A DNA stretch of 64,000 nt, taken from assembly GCA_963755585.1 (NCBI GenBank), contig CAVWKN010000028.1, positions 27,592 through 91,591 of the forward strand, written 5' to 3'. A program made the translations under genes and the position numbers. The notes under the pieces are model-generated. The model saw only the letters and a list, made by a program, of their open reading frames with translations. It was not told the origin of the DNA and searched no databases. The DNA is from an uncultured Alphaproteobacteria bacterium (lineage in GTDB: Bacteria > Pseudomonadota > Alphaproteobacteria > Reyranellales > Reyranellaceae). Below, piece after piece: positions 19,200 to 29,892 of the stretch (the stretch's first letter is position 1; each line of letters begins with the position of its first letter).

Positions 19200-20472
19200 T
19201 CGACTGCGCCCTGTGGTGGCGCTTCTCGCCGTGGCGGTCCTGACGGGCCCCGCGATCGACGCCGTCGCGCAACAGGCCGACCCGCCGGCCAAGCGGCAGG
19301 CGCCGCAGAAACCGCCGGCCAAGCCGCGCGCCACGACGGCGCCCAAGCCCGCGGCCACGCCCCCGGCGGCCGCCAAGGTGGAGGCGTTGCCGCCCTCGCA
19401 GATCGGCATCGGCACCCTGGCGAAGCAGGGCTTCATGGTCGATCCCCAGACCTCCACGGTGCTGCTGTTCAAGGACGCCGACAAGCCGATGCACCCGTCA
19501 TCGATGGCCAAGATGATGACGATCTACATCCTGTTCGAGGAACTGGAGGCCGGCCGGGTCAAGCTCGACACGCGTTTCCGCGTGAGCGAGCGGGCGCGCA
19601 ACATGGGCGGCTCGCGCATGTTCGTCGAGCTGGGCAGCGAGGTCGCCGTCGAGGACCTGATCAAGGGCATGATCGTGCTGTCGGGCAACGATGCCTGCGT
19701 CGTCGTGGCCGAAGGCCTGGCGGGCAACGAGGACAGTTTTGCCGAACGCATGACCAAGAAAGGCCGCGAGCTCGGCATGACCGGCACGGTGTTCAAGAAC
19801 GCGTCGGGCTGGCCGATCGAGGGCCAATGGACGACGGCGCGCGACCTTGCCGTCCTGGCGTGGCGCACCATCGAGGATTTCCCGAAATTCTACCGCTACT
19901 ACTCGGAGACCAACTGGACCTACAACAACATCAAGCAGGACAACCGCAACCGCCTGCTCAAGATCACGGCGGGCACCGATGGGCTGAAGACCGGCCATAC
20001 GGAGGAGGGCGGCTTCGGCCAGGCGACCTCGGCGGTGCGCGACGGACGGCGCCTGATCATGGTCGTGAACGGGCTCACCTCGATGGCCGAACGCGCGCAG
20101 GAATCGGCGCGGCTGATGGAGTGGGGCTTCCGCGAATCGGCCAACACGACGGTGTTCCGCGCCGGCGACACGGTCGTCGAGGCGCCGGTCTGGCTGGGCG
20201 CCCAGGACAAGGTGCCGCTCGTCGTGGCGCGCGCCGTGCAGATCACGGCGCCGACCGGCCAGGCGGTGACGCCGCGCGTGGTCGCGCGTTTCGACGGACC
20301 GCTGGCGGCGCCGATCGCCAAGGGCACGAAGGTCGGCACCGCGGTCGTGACCCTGCCCGATGGCCGCGAGATCGATTATCCGCTCGAGGCCGGCGCCGAC
20401 GTGGCGCGTCGCGGCGTGGTCGGCCGCGTGACGGCGATGATCCAGCATTACCTGTTCGGCTGGCTGTCGTGA
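19180..20472 (+). CDS. dacA: D-alanyl-D-alanine carboxypeptidase (PBP5/6)
   Basis: SMAK, SGN, KTG motifs; start approximate. Confidence 0.92.
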   Translation, partial: HVSWLTDRLRPVVALLAVAVLTGPAIDAVAQQADPPAKRQAPQKPPAKPRATTAPKPAATPPAAAKVEALPPSQIGIGTLAKQGFMVDPQTSTVLLFKDADKPMHPSSMAKMMTIYILFEELEAGRVKLDTRFRVSERARNMGGSRMFVELGSEVAVEDLIKGMIVLSGNDACVVVAEGLAGNEDSFAERMTKKGRELGMTGTVFKNASGWPIEGQWTTARDLAVLAWRTIEDFPKFYRYYSETNWTYNNIKQDNRNRLLKITAGTDGLKTGHTEEGGFGQATSAVRDGRRLIMVVNGLTSMAERAQESARLMEWGFRESANTTVFRAGDTVVEAPVWLGAQDKVPLVVARAVQITAPTGQAVTPRVVARFDGPLAAPIAKGTKVGTAVVTLPDGREIDYPLEAGADVARRGVVGRVTAMIQHYLFGWLS

Positions 20473-21107
20473 TCGATGCGTCTGCGGGGCGCTTCATCAC
20501 TCTTGAAGGTGGCGAGGGAGCAGGCAAGTCGACCCAGATCGCGCGGCTGAAGGGCTGGCTGGAAGGGCGCGGCCGCAGCGTCGTGGCGACCCGCGAACCC
20601 GGTGGATCGCCGGGGGCGGAAATGATCCGCAAGCTCCTGGTCGAAGGGCCGGTCGAGCGCTGGGACGGCACGACCGAGGCATTGCTGCACTTCGCCGCGC
20701 GGCGCGAGCATCTGCGCTCGACGGTGTGGCCGGCGCTCAAGCGCGGCGACTGGGTGGTGAGCGACCGCTTTGCCGATTCGACCTTGGCCTACCAGGGCTA
20801 CGGCCATGGCGTCGACCGCACGATCTTCGACACGCTCTACAAGGTCGCCGTCGGCGATTTTCGGCCCGACCTCACTTTGATCCTCGACCTGCCGATCGAG
20901 ACCGGGCTTTTGCGCGCCGCTGCCCGGCGCGGCGCCGAGACGCGCTACGAGAGCCTGCCGCGCGATTTCCATGCCCGCGTCCGGACGGGCTTTCTCGAAA
21001 TCGCGGCCCGCGAGCCTGAGCGCTGCGTGGTGATCGATGCTACAGGGAGCGTCGATGCGATCGCCGCCGCCATCGCCGGTGCGGTGGGCGAACGGCTGGG
21101 AGTCTGA
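20469..21107 (+). CDS. tmk: Thymidylate kinase
   Basis: EGGEGAGKST, TREPGG, DRF..STLAYQG. Confidence 0.95.
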   Translation: MIDASAGRFITLEGGEGAGKSTQIARLKGWLEGRGRSVVATREPGGSPGAEMIRKLLVEGPVERWDGTTEALLHFAARREHLRSTVWPALKRGDWVVSDRFADSTLAYQGYGHGVDRTIFDTLYKVAVGDFRPDLTLILDLPIETGLLRAAARRGAETRYESLPRDFHARVRTGFLEIAAREPERCVVIDATGSVDAIAAAIAGAVGERLGV

Positions 21108-21111
21108 GCGC

Positions 21112-22245
21112 ATGGCGAGGGGCAAGACGAGCACCGATCCGAGCGAGCTCGAGAAGCTCGAATGGCCGTACGACTGGCCGCCGCCGTGGCGCAGCAACCG
21201 CCTGCTGGGCCACGAGACGGCGGAGAAAACCATGCTCGCCGCCCAGCAGAGCGGCCGCCTGCACCATGCCTGGCTGCTGGCGGGACCGCGCGGCATCGGC
21301 AAGGCCACGCTCGCCTGGCGCTTCGCCCGCTTCCTGCTGAGCGGCGCCGGCGAGGGCGGCCTGTTCGGCGGCGAACCCGACAGTCTCGACGTGGCGGCCG
21401 ACGCGCCGGGCCGCTCGCTGGTCGATGCGCGCTCGCACCCCGACCTGTTCCATCTCCGGCGCATGCTCAATCCCGACACCGGCCGCATGCGCACCGAGAT
21501 CGCCGTCGACGACGTGCGCGAGCTCGGCGCCTTCATGCACATGACGCCGGCGATGGGCAAATGGCGGGTCGCCATCATCGACGCGGCCGACGAGATGAAC
21601 CGCAACAGCGCCAACGCCGTGCTGAAGATCCTCGAGGAACCGCCGCCCAACGCCGTGCTGCTCATGGTGGCCCATGCGCCCGGCCGGCTGCTGCCGACCA
21701 TCCGGTCGCGCTGCCGGCGCCTTGCCCTGCAGCCGCTCGCCGACGACATCGTGATGCGCCTGCTGGGCGACTACGCGCCGGACGTGAAAGCTGAGGAGAG
21801 AGTGATCCTGGCGCGGCTGAGCGAAGGCAGCATCGGCCGCGCGCTCGACCTGGCGGGCGCCGGCAGCCTGGACCTCTACCGCGAAATGGTCGACGTGCTG
21901 GCGACCTTGCCCGAGCTCGACATGGCGCGGCTGCACGGCTTTGCCGAACGCTTCGCCCGCCGCGGCGAGGAGGCCAACGCGGCCTGGCGCTCGCTCAACT
22001 ATCTGTTCGACGGCTGGCTGAAGGGCCTGGCGCGCTGGGCCGCGCTGGGCGGTGCGGAAGCTGCAGCCATCGTGCCGTCCGAGGGCGGCTTGCATCAGCG
22101 TCTGCTGGCGGCCGCCAGCCTTGATCGCTGGATGGAGGCGTGGGAAAACGTCGCCCGCCTGCTGTCCCGCGCCGATGCCGTCAATCTCGACCGCAAGCAA
22201 ACGGTGCTGGGCAGCTTCCTCATCCTCCAATCGGCTATGCGCTGA
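21112..22245 (+). CDS. holB: DNA polymerase III subunit delta'
   Basis: HAWLLAGPRGIGK, HPD, NAVLKILEEPP, TIRSRC; follows tmk. Confidence 0.93.
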   Translation: MARGKTSTDPSELEKLEWPYDWPPPWRSNRLLGHETAEKTMLAAQQSGRLHHAWLLAGPRGIGKATLAWRFARFLLSGAGEGGLFGGEPDSLDVAADAPGRSLVDARSHPDLFHLRRMLNPDTGRMRTEIAVDDVRELGAFMHMTPAMGKWRVAIIDAADEMNRNSANAVLKILEEPPPNAVLLMVAHAPGRLLPTIRSRCRRLALQPLADDIVMRLLGDYAPDVKAEERVILARLSEGSIGRALDLAGAGSLDLYREMVDVLATLPELDMARLHGFAERFARRGEEANAAWRSLNYLFDGWLKGLARWAALGGAEAAAIVPSEGGLHQRLLAAASLDRWMEAWENVARLLSRADAVNLDRKQTVLGSFLILQSAMR

Positions 22246-22259
22246 AGAATTCGGTCACC

Positions 22260-23828
22260 ATGTCCGGCCGCAGTACCTACTACGTCACCACGCCGATCTA
22301 CTACGTGAACGACGTGCCCCATATCGGCCACGCCTACACGACGCTGGCCTGCGACGTGCTGGCGCGCTTCATGCGGCTCGACGGTCGCGACGTGCACTTC
22401 CTCACCGGCACCGACGAGCATGGCCAGAAGGTCGAGAAGGCCGCGGCCGCCGCCGGGCTGGCGCCACAGGCCTTCACCGACAAGGTCAGTCAGTCGTTCC
22501 GCGACCTCGTGAAGACGATGAACTACAGCCCCGACAACTTCATCCGCACGACGGAGAAGCGGCACTACACGGCCTCGCAGGCATTGTGGGAGAAGCTCGT
22601 CGCGGCAGGGGACATCTACCCCGGCAAGTATGCCGGCTGGTACTCGGTGCGTGACGAAGCCTACTTCGTCGAAAGCGAGACCGAGGTCGGGCCGGACAAC
22701 AAGCGCCGCGCCACCGCGAGCGGCGCCGAGGTCGAATGGGTCGAGGAGCCGTCGTACTTCTTCAAGCTGTCGGCGTGGACCGAGCGGCTGCTGGAGTTCT
22801 ACGAGAAGAACCCGCGCTTCATCGCGCCGGAGAGCCGGCGCAACGAGGTCATGAGCTTCGTGAAGGGCGGCCTGCAGGATCTTTCGGTGTCGCGCACCAG
22901 CTTCTCGTGGGGCATCCCGGTGCCGGGCGACGACAAGCACATCATGTACGTCTGGCTCGACGCGCTCACCAACTACATCACCGAGTGCGGCTATCCGGAC
23001 ACCGGCAATCCGCTGTGGAAGTACTGGCCGGCCGACCTGCACATGGTGGGCAAGGACATCATCCGCTTCCATTGCGTGTTCTGGCCGGCCTTCCTGATGG
23101 CCGCCGGCGTGGCGCCGCCGCAGCGCGTGTTCGCGCATGGCTGGTGGACCAACGAGGGCCAGAAGATCTCCAAGTCGCTGGGCAATGTGATCGACCCGGT
23201 GGAGCTGGTGGAGGCCTACGGGCTCGACCCGGTACGCTACTTCCTGCTGCGCGAGGTGCCGTTCGGCAACGACGGCGATTTCCAGAAGCGGGCGCTGATC
23301 GGCCGGCTGAACGGCGACCTCGCCAACGCCTACGGCAATCTCTGCCAGCGCGTGCTGTCGATCGTGGCCAAGAACTGCGGCGAGAAGGTGCCGGCCAAGG
23401 GCACGATCACCGAGGCCGACACGGCGCTGCTCGACCGCGCCAAGGCGCTGCTGGGCGTCGTGCGCAGCGAGCTGGACGACCAGGCCTTCCATCGCGCCTT
23501 GATCTCGATCTGGGAAGTGATCGCCGACGCCAACCGTTACGTCGACGCGCAGGCGCCGTGGGCGCTCGCCAAGACCGACCCGGTGCGGCGCGACACGGTG
23601 CTGTGGGTGCTGGCCGAGACGATCCGGCGGGTGACCCTGCTGGTGCAGCCCTTCATGCCCGATTCGGCGGGCAAGATCCTGGACCAGCTCGCCGTGCCGG
23701 CGGCGGAGAGGGCGTTCGCCGCCTTCGACCGCGAACTGGTGTCGGGCACGGTGCTGCCGAAGCCGCAGGGCGTGTTTCCGCGTTTTGTCGAGACCGCCCA
23801 AGATGCGAAAAGAGGGGCGGCGAGCTGA
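22260..23828 (+). CDS. metG: Methionine--tRNA ligase
   Basis: HIGH, GTDEHG, YVWLDAL, KISKS. Confidence 0.97.
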   Translation: MSGRSTYYVTTPIYYVNDVPHIGHAYTTLACDVLARFMRLDGRDVHFLTGTDEHGQKVEKAAAAAGLAPQAFTDKVSQSFRDLVKTMNYSPDNFIRTTEKRHYTASQALWEKLVAAGDIYPGKYAGWYSVRDEAYFVESETEVGPDNKRRATASGAEVEWVEEPSYFFKLSAWTERLLEFYEKNPRFIAPESRRNEVMSFVKGGLQDLSVSRTSFSWGIPVPGDDKHIMYVWLDALTNYITECGYPDTGNPLWKYWPADLHMVGKDIIRFHCVFWPAFLMAAGVAPPQRVFAHGWWTNEGQKISKSLGNVIDPVELVEAYGLDPVRYFLLREVPFGNDGDFQKRALIGRLNGDLANAYGNLCQRVLSIVAKNCGEKVPAKGTITEADTALLDRAKALLGVVRSELDDQAFHRALISIWEVIADANRYVDAQAPWALAKTDPVRRDTVLWVLAETIRRVTLLVQPFMPDSAGKILDQLAVPAAERAFAAFDRELVSGTVLPKPQGVFPRFVETAQDAKRGAAS

Positions 23829-24616
23829 TGCTGATCGACAGCCACTGCCATCTCGACTTTCCCGAGCTTGCCGGCGACGAGGCGGGCGTTCTGGCGCGCG
23901 CCCGTACCGCCGGCGTGGCCGGCATGCTGACCATCGGCACGCGGCTCGACCAGTTCGACAAGGTGCGCGCCATCGCCGAGCGCCACGACAACATCTGGTG
24001 CTCGGTGGGCGTTCATCCGCACGAGGCGAAGGAGGAGGGGCAGCGCACGCCCGATCGCCTGGTCGAGGCGACGCGCCATCCCAAGGTGATCGGCATCGGC
24101 GAGACCGGCCTCGACTTCTACTACGAGCACAGCCCGCGCGAAGAGCAGGCCGGGAGCTTCCGCGCCCATATCGCCGCGTCACGCCAGACCGGCCTTCCCT
24201 TGATCGTGCACACGCGCGATGCCGACCGCGAGACCGGCGACATCCTCGAGGAGGAATATGCCAAAGGCGCCTTCACCGGCCTGATCCATTGCTTCAGCTC
24301 GGGATCCGCGGTGGCGCGGCGCGCGTTGGCGCTCGGCCTGTACATCTCGATTTCCGGCATCGTCACTTTCAAGGCGGCCGAGGACCTGCGCACCATCGTG
24401 CGCGACATTCCGCTGGATCGACTGCTGGTGGAAACCGACGCGCCCTATCTCGCGCCGGTGCCCAAACGCGGCAAGACCAACGAGCCGGCCTTCGTCGCCC
24501 ACACCGCGGCCAAGGTCGCCGAACTCAAGGGGATCGGCGTGGCCGAGCTCGAGGCTGCGACCACCGACAATTTCTTCCGGCTGTTCGCCAAGGCGGAGCG
24601 CATCCGGTGCGGGTGA
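23828..24616 (+). CDS. TatD family hydrolase
   Basis: DSHCH, GVHPH, GETGLD, ETDAPYL. Confidence 0.93.
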   Translation: MLIDSHCHLDFPELAGDEAGVLARARTAGVAGMLTIGTRLDQFDKVRAIAERHDNIWCSVGVHPHEAKEEGQRTPDRLVEATRHPKVIGIGETGLDFYYEHSPREEQAGSFRAHIAASRQTGLPLIVHTRDADRETGDILEEEYAKGAFTGLIHCFSSGSAVARRALALGLYISISGIVTFKAAEDLRTIVRDIPLDRLLVETDAPYLAPVPKRGKTNEPAFVAHTAAKVAELKGIGVAELEAATTDNFFRLFAKAERIRCG

Positions 24617-25386
24617 CGATCCTGGGCTGCGGCACCTCGGGCGGCGTGCCCAGGGCAGGCGGGAAGGGCGGCAAGGGCGAGTGGGGCGCCGCCAACCCGG
24701 CCGATCCGCGCAACCGCCGGCGCCGCTGTTCCATCCTGGTCGAGGACAAGGGCAAGACCGTCCTGGTCGACACCTCGCCCGATCTGCGCGACCAGCTTCT
24801 CGACGCCGAGGTCGAACGGGTCGACGCCGTGATCTGGACCCACGAGCATGCCGATCAGGTGCACGGGATCGACGACCTCAGGCCCTATGTGCTGCGCCAG
24901 GGCCCGATCGACAGCTGGGCCGACAGGCGCACCCACGAGATCCTGTTGCGCCGCTTCCGCTACTGCTTCGAAGCCGAAGGCAACGGCTTCTACAATCCGA
25001 TTTACCAGCACCACGAGATTGCCGGGCCGTTCGAGGCCGCAGGCGTGCCCGTCGTGCCGTTCACGCAGGACCACGGCACGACGCAGTCGCTGGGCCTGCG
25101 CTTCGGCCCGGTGGCCTATGCCAACGATGTCGTGACGCTGACGGAAGAGGCCTTCGACGTGATGGCCGGGGCCGAGGTGCTGATCGTCGACGCCATGCGC
25201 TTCCGCCCGCACCCTACCCATGCCCATCTTGACCGGGCGCTGGAATGGATCGAGCGGGTGCGGCCAAAGCGGGCTTTTTTGACCAATCTTCACGTCGATA
25301 TGGACTATGCTGAGCTCGATCGACTGACGCCGACCCATGTCCAGCCCTGCCATGACGGCTTGGCCATTGAAGTGGATGGAGAATAA
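24607..25386 (+). CDS. MBL-fold metallo-hydrolase (PhnP-like)
   Basis: LGCGTSGGVP, THEHADQVHGIDD. Confidence 0.9.
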   Translation: MRVTILGCGTSGGVPRAGGKGGKGEWGAANPADPRNRRRRCSILVEDKGKTVLVDTSPDLRDQLLDAEVERVDAVIWTHEHADQVHGIDDLRPYVLRQGPIDSWADRRTHEILLRRFRYCFEAEGNGFYNPIYQHHEIAGPFEAAGVPVVPFTQDHGTTQSLGLRFGPVAYANDVVTLTEEAFDVMAGAEVLIVDAMRFRPHPTHAHLDRALEWIERVRPKRAFLTNLHVDMDYAELDRLTPTHVQPCHDGLAIEVDGE

Positions 25387-25491
25387 TCCATTATTATCAG
25401 ACGATTAAATAGTCTCGTTCACCTGGTTCGTGAACCGAGACAAAAGGAGTCCGGTCGCCGCCTGTTCCTGGCCGCCGGGCTTGCGGCCTGT

Positions 25492-26103
25492 TTGGTCGCC
25501 GGGCCGGCCTTTGCCGACGACAAACTCGACGCCGGCGGCCTGACGTTCCGCGACTTTGCCACCAACGACAATGGCGCAAGCTACAGCCGCGGCGACCCGA
25601 TGATCGCCGGCGGCCCCAACCAGGTCTCGTCGAGGGTGGTGGGCGTCGAAGGCGCCAATGGCCTGGCGCGGGTTCAGTTCAGCTCCTTGCGGGTCGAGCT
25701 GGCGCTGCCGCTGGGCTGGCAGGCGACCGAAGACTGGGAGCGCGGCGTCGGCTACAGCAGCGACAAGCGCTACCGGGTGCTCGTATGGCGCGTCGACTTC
25801 GCCTACGAAGGCGTCAAGGACGCCGAGCACTACGCGGCCACCAAAGCCGGCTCCATCCAGGCCCGCCGGCCGGCCGTCCACGCCGAGGCGCGCAAGCTGG
25901 GCGATGGCACATTCCTGGTCGTCTACGACAACGTCAAAGCCCAGGGCGACGCCGAGGCAAGGGTCGTGTTCGACCTGGTGACGCAAAATCCGAGCGATCC
26001 GAAGCAGGGCATCCTGTTGACCCTGGGCGTGCCGGCAAGCGATGCCGTCCGTGGGCTGAAGCTGATGGCACTCCTAAAGCAGAATATGCGGATTAACTGG
26101 TAG
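25492..26103 (+). CDS. Hypothetical exported protein (start uncertain, possibly ~25430 with an indel)
   Basis: Host-like codon usage; AFA-DD cleavage-like site. Confidence 0.6.
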   Translation: MVAGPAFADDKLDAGGLTFRDFATNDNGASYSRGDPMIAGGPNQVSSRVVGVEGANGLARVQFSSLRVELALPLGWQATEDWERGVGYSSDKRYRVLVWRVDFAYEGVKDAEHYAATKAGSIQARRPAVHAEARKLGDGTFLVVYDNVKAQGDAEARVVFDLVTQNPSDPKQGILLTLGVPASDAVRGLKLMALLKQNMRINW

Positions 26104-26179
26104 ATATTTGATATTCCTAATATATCAATATTTGTCATAATATATATTATACGATAATTGGAGTTGAGGATCAGAGCGC

Positions 26180-26998
26180 ATGGCGTCCGAGCGTCCCACG
26201 GCGGAAGCGCTGCCCGAAGAGCCGATGGCCCGCCTGCTCGCGGTCATGGCGTGGCTGCGCGACCGCCAGCACGGCTGCCCGTGGGACGTCGACCAGACCT
26301 TCCGCACCATCGCGCCGTACACGCTCGAGGAAGCCTATGAGGTGGCCGACGCCATCGAACGCGACGACCTGATCGCGCTCAAGGAAGAGCTGGGCGATCT
26401 CCTGCTGCAGGTCGTCTACCATGCCCAGATGGCGCACGAGACCGGCGCCTTCGGCTTTGCCGACGTGGCCGCAGCCATCGCCGACAAGATGGTCGACCGC
26501 CATCCGCACGTGTTCGGCGATGCCCGGGTCGCCACCGCCGAGGCCCAGACCGTGTCCTGGGAAGCCCGCAAGGCCGCCGAACGGGCGGCCAAAGAAGCCG
26601 GCGGCGCCCTCGACGGGGTAGCCCGCGCCCTGCCCGCGCTTCTGCGGGCCGAGAAGATCCAGAAGCGGGCGGCCAGGGTCGGTTTCGACTGGAAGCAGAC
26701 CGATCCGGTCATCGACAAGATCGAGGAGGAACTGGGCGAACTCCGGGCCGAGCTCACTGCCGGCACCGTCGATCAGGCCCGCCTGACCGACGAGTTGGGC
26801 GATGTGCTGTTCGCCGTGGCCAACCTCGCCCGCCACTGCAAGGTCGATCCCGAGGCCGCGTTGCGCGCCACCAACGACAAGTTCGAGCGCCGCTTCCGCC
26901 ATATCGAACGGCGCCTGGCCGAATCGGGCCGCAAGCCCGCCGATGCCACCCTGGAGGAAATGGAAGCGCTCTGGCAGGAGGCCAAGACGCGCGTCTAG
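26180..26998 (+). CDS. mazG: Nucleoside triphosphate pyrophosphohydrolase MazG
   Basis: GCPWD, EEAYEV, EELGDLL, RHPHVF; two MazG domains. Confidence 0.95.
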   Translation: MASERPTAEALPEEPMARLLAVMAWLRDRQHGCPWDVDQTFRTIAPYTLEEAYEVADAIERDDLIALKEELGDLLLQVVYHAQMAHETGAFGFADVAAAIADKMVDRHPHVFGDARVATAEAQTVSWEARKAAERAAKEAGGALDGVARALPALLRAEKIQKRAARVGFDWKQTDPVIDKIEEELGELRAELTAGTVDQARLTDELGDVLFAVANLARHCKVDPEAALRATNDKFERRFRHIERRLAESGRKPADATLEEMEALWQEAKTRV

Positions 26999-27835
26999 GG
27001 TTTTGGCAGATCCGCCAGCAGCGGCAGCCGCACCGCCTCGAACAGCGCCCGGACCTTGGCCAGGGTTTCCTGCGAAGCCGCGCCGATCAGCCCCGAATTG
27101 ATCGGCTGTGCCGGCGCATAGGGCTGGCCGTCGAAGCGCACGGCGCCGCCGCCCGCCTCCGCGAGCATCAGCGCCCCGGCGGCATGGTCCCACGGCTTGG
27201 TCGTACGATAGAGGCTGAAATCCGTCTGGCCGGACAGGATCTCCAGATATTCCATGCCGGCGCAGTTCGATGCCGACATGGCTCCAAGCTGCTGCCGCCT
27301 GGCGGCCGAAAGCTGGCGATCGAACTCCTTGCGGGCCTTGGGGCCGACGAAGCCGATCAGCGGTCGTTCGGCCGGCGTCCCGTGCACCGGGCATGCCGTC
27401 CAGGACAACGCCCTGCCCCTTCTGCACGACGGCCATCCGTCCCCGCGGCACGTCGAGGATCCAGCCGCCGACGGCCGACCGGTCCTGCACCAGGCAGATG
27501 ATCATGGCGAAGCGGTCCTTGCCGGCGGCGAAGTTCGCCGTGCCGTCCAGGGGATCCACGATCCAGCAGGCCTCGCCGGGCCGGCCGATCAGGTCGACCA
27601 GGCCGGGATCCTTCTCGACGGCCTCCTCGCCCACCACCGGCACGCCGGGCAGGATCTTGGCCAGCCCGGACGCCAGCCGCTGCTCGGACGCCACGTCGGC
27701 CACGGTGACGACGTCGCCGGGGCGCTTGAAACGGATGTCGTCCTTGGAGAGCGTGCGGAAGCGCGGCAGCAACTCGGCCGCCGCGGTCTCGCGCATCAGA
27801 TCGGCGACCCGTTGCGAATCGCCGGGGCTCAGCAT
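26995..27835 (-). CDS. Inositol monophosphatase family protein, frameshift near 27395
   Basis: VTVAD, GEE, DPLDGTANF, WDHAAG. Confidence 0.85.
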
Positions 27836-27839
27836 CGCC

Positions 27840-28127
27840 TCAGCCGACGACGCCGAACAGGTCCTCTTCCTTCAGGATGACGTGCTCGACGCCGTCGAGC
27901 TTCACTTCGGTGCCCGACCACTTGCCGTAGATCACCTTGTCGCCGACCTTGACGCCGAGCGGCTCGAGACGGCCGTCCTCCATGCGCTTGCCCTTGCCGA
28001 CGGCCACCACCTCGCCCTGCATGGGCTTTTCCTGGGCGGTGTCGGGAATGATGATGCCGGCCTTGGTCTTGGTCTCGGCGGCCAGCGGCTTGAGCAGGAG
28101 CCGGTCGTGCAAAGGCTTGAGTTTCAT
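27840..28127 (-). CDS. groES: Co-chaperonin GroES (no adjacent groEL)
   Basis: [34 protein letters not shown]. Confidence 0.95.
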   Translation of the reverse strand: MKLKPLHDRLLLKPLAAETKTKAGIIIPDTAQEKPMQGEVVAVGKGKRMEDGRLEPLGVKVGDKVIYGKWSGTEVKLDGVEHVILKEEDLFGVVG

Positions 28128-28184
28128 GGTGTTTCCTTCGTCTGGAATGGGCCGGTTATAGATAGGTAACGTCGCGGCCGGGTG

Positions 28185-29534
28185 TCAACGCATCAGGCGG
28201 CGCTCGAACTGCGCCGAGGCGGCGGCATCGAGCGCCACCGTCAAAAGCGCCATCTCGCCGTCGTCGCGGCGGCTCCGCACCTCGCCGTGGCGGTAGAGCC
28301 AGGCGATGGTCGCCCCATCGCTCAGCGGCACGGACACTTCGCGCGCTTCGCTCGCGCGCGTCAGGAAATCGCCGATCGCCTCGAGGAGCTGGTCGACCCC
28401 CTCGCCCGTCATGGCCGAAACCGGATACTGGAGCGCCCGCGCGGCACCCGTGGCGGACCGGGTCTGCAAGGTGCGCCGCGCCTCCTCGGGCAAGGCATCG
28501 ATCTTGTTCAGGGCCTCGACCAGCGGCGTGCCCTCGCCCTCCCCGATCGCGCCCAGCTCGCGCAGCACGGTTTCGACGTCGGCGCGCTGCTGCTCGGCCT
28601 CGGGATGGGAGATGTCGCGCACATGCACGATCAGGTCGGCCTCGATCACCTCTTCCAAAGTCGCGCGAAAGGCGGCGACCAGGTGAGTCGGCAGGTCGGA
28701 GACGAAGCCGACCGTATCGGAGATGACGCAGCCCTTGCCGTTGGGCAGCTTGATCGACCGCATGGTGGGATCGAGCGTGGCGAACAGCAGGTCCTTGGCC
28801 ATCACCGCCGAGCCGGAGAGGCGGTTGAACAGCGTCGACTTGCCGGCGTTGGTGTAGCCGACCAGCGCCACCGTCGGCAGCCGCGCCTTCTTGCGGCCGG
28901 CGCGATTGACGGCGCGCGTGCGGCGCACGCCCTCGAGGTCGCGCTTGATGCGCACGATGCGCTCGCCGATCAGGCGGCGGTCGATCTCGATCTGCAATTC
29001 GCCGGGGCCGCCCAGGAAGCCGAAACCGCCGCGCTGGCGTTCCAAGTGGGTCCACGATCGCACCAACCGACCGCGCTGGTAGTCGAGAGCGGCCAGCTCG
29101 ACCTGCAGCCGGCCTTCATGGGTGCGGGCGCGGGCGCCGAAAATCTCGAGGATCAGGCCGGTGCGGTCGATGACCTTGGCCTGCCACGCCTTCTCGAGGT
29201 TGCGTTGCTGCACCGGCGTCAGCTTGTCGTCGACGATCACCAGGCCGATGCCCTGCTCTTCCACCGCAGTCTTCAGGCGCTCGACGACGCCCTTGCCGAC
29301 CAGCGTGGCCGGCGTCAGCCGGCGCAGCGGCGCGGTTTCGGCCAGCCGCACGTCGAGATCGATCGCCCGGGCAAGCCCGACCGCCTCCTCGAGCTTGGCC
29401 TCGCGATCGCGCTCCTCGCCGCGCGCGCTGGATGCATAAGGGCTCAGCACCGCCGCGACCGTTGCCGGCCGCACGGTGTCGAACGCCTTGCGCTTGCGCC
29501 TGTCCTGTCCGTTCTGTTCGATATCGTCGATCAA
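28185..29534 (-). CDS. hflX: GTPase HflX
   Basis: GYTNAGKST, LFATLD, DTVGF, NKID; follows hfq; TTG start inferred. Confidence 0.95.
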   Translation of the reverse strand: MIDDIEQNGQDRRKRKAFDTVRPATVAAVLSPYASSARGEERDREAKLEEAVGLARAIDLDVRLAETAPLRRLTPATLVGKGVVERLKTAVEEQGIGLVIVDDKLTPVQQRNLEKAWQAKVIDRTGLILEIFGARARTHEGRLQVELAALDYQRGRLVRSWTHLERQRGGFGFLGGPGELQIEIDRRLIGERIVRIKRDLEGVRRTRAVNRAGRKKARLPTVALVGYTNAGKSTLFNRLSGSAVMAKDLLFATLDPTMRSIKLPNGKGCVISDTVGFVSDLPTHLVAAFRATLEEVIEADLIVHVRDISHPEAEQQRADVETVLRELGAIGEGEGTPLVEALNKIDALPEEARRTLQTRSATGAARALQYPVSAMTGEGVDQLLEAIGDFLTRASEAREVSVPLSDGATIAWLYRHGEVRSRRDDGEMALLTVALDAAASAQFERRLMR

Positions 29535-29535
29535 A

Positions 29536-29784
29536 TCAGCCCGCGGCGTCGGCTTTGTCCCCGTCGAACAGCTGCACCGGCGTGACCGGCATGATGGTCG
29601 AAATCGCATGCTTGTAGACAAGCTGCGAATGGCCGTCGCGGCGCAGCAGCACCGAGAAGTTGTCGAACCAGGTAACGATCCCCTGCAATTTGACGCCGTT
29701 CACCAGGAAGATCGTGACGGGCGTCTTGTTCTTGCGCAGGTGGTTCAGGAAGACATCCTGAACGTTCTGTGCCTTTTCACTCAT
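29536..29784 (-). CDS. hfq: RNA chaperone Hfq
   Basis: QDVFLN, NGVKLQG, YKHAIST. Confidence 0.98.
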   Translation of the reverse strand: MSEKAQNVQDVFLNHLRKNKTPVTIFLVNGVKLQGIVTWFDNFSVLLRRDGHSQLVYKHAISTIMPVTPVQLFDGDKADAAG

Positions 29785-29892
29785 GTTCTTGGCCTCTTGC
29801 TGGGCGGCCGGCTGCCAAAAAGGTCGCCGGTTGGGAAGGCGCGGGTCTTTCTACCCGCTACCGAGTTAGAACGAATATAGGGAACGCTCGGG

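Noticed and set aside
25417-25429. GTTC-N5-GTTC (and GAAC-N9-GAAC near 29869) as LexA boxes
   Set aside because: The alphaproteobacterial SOS box needs N7 spacing
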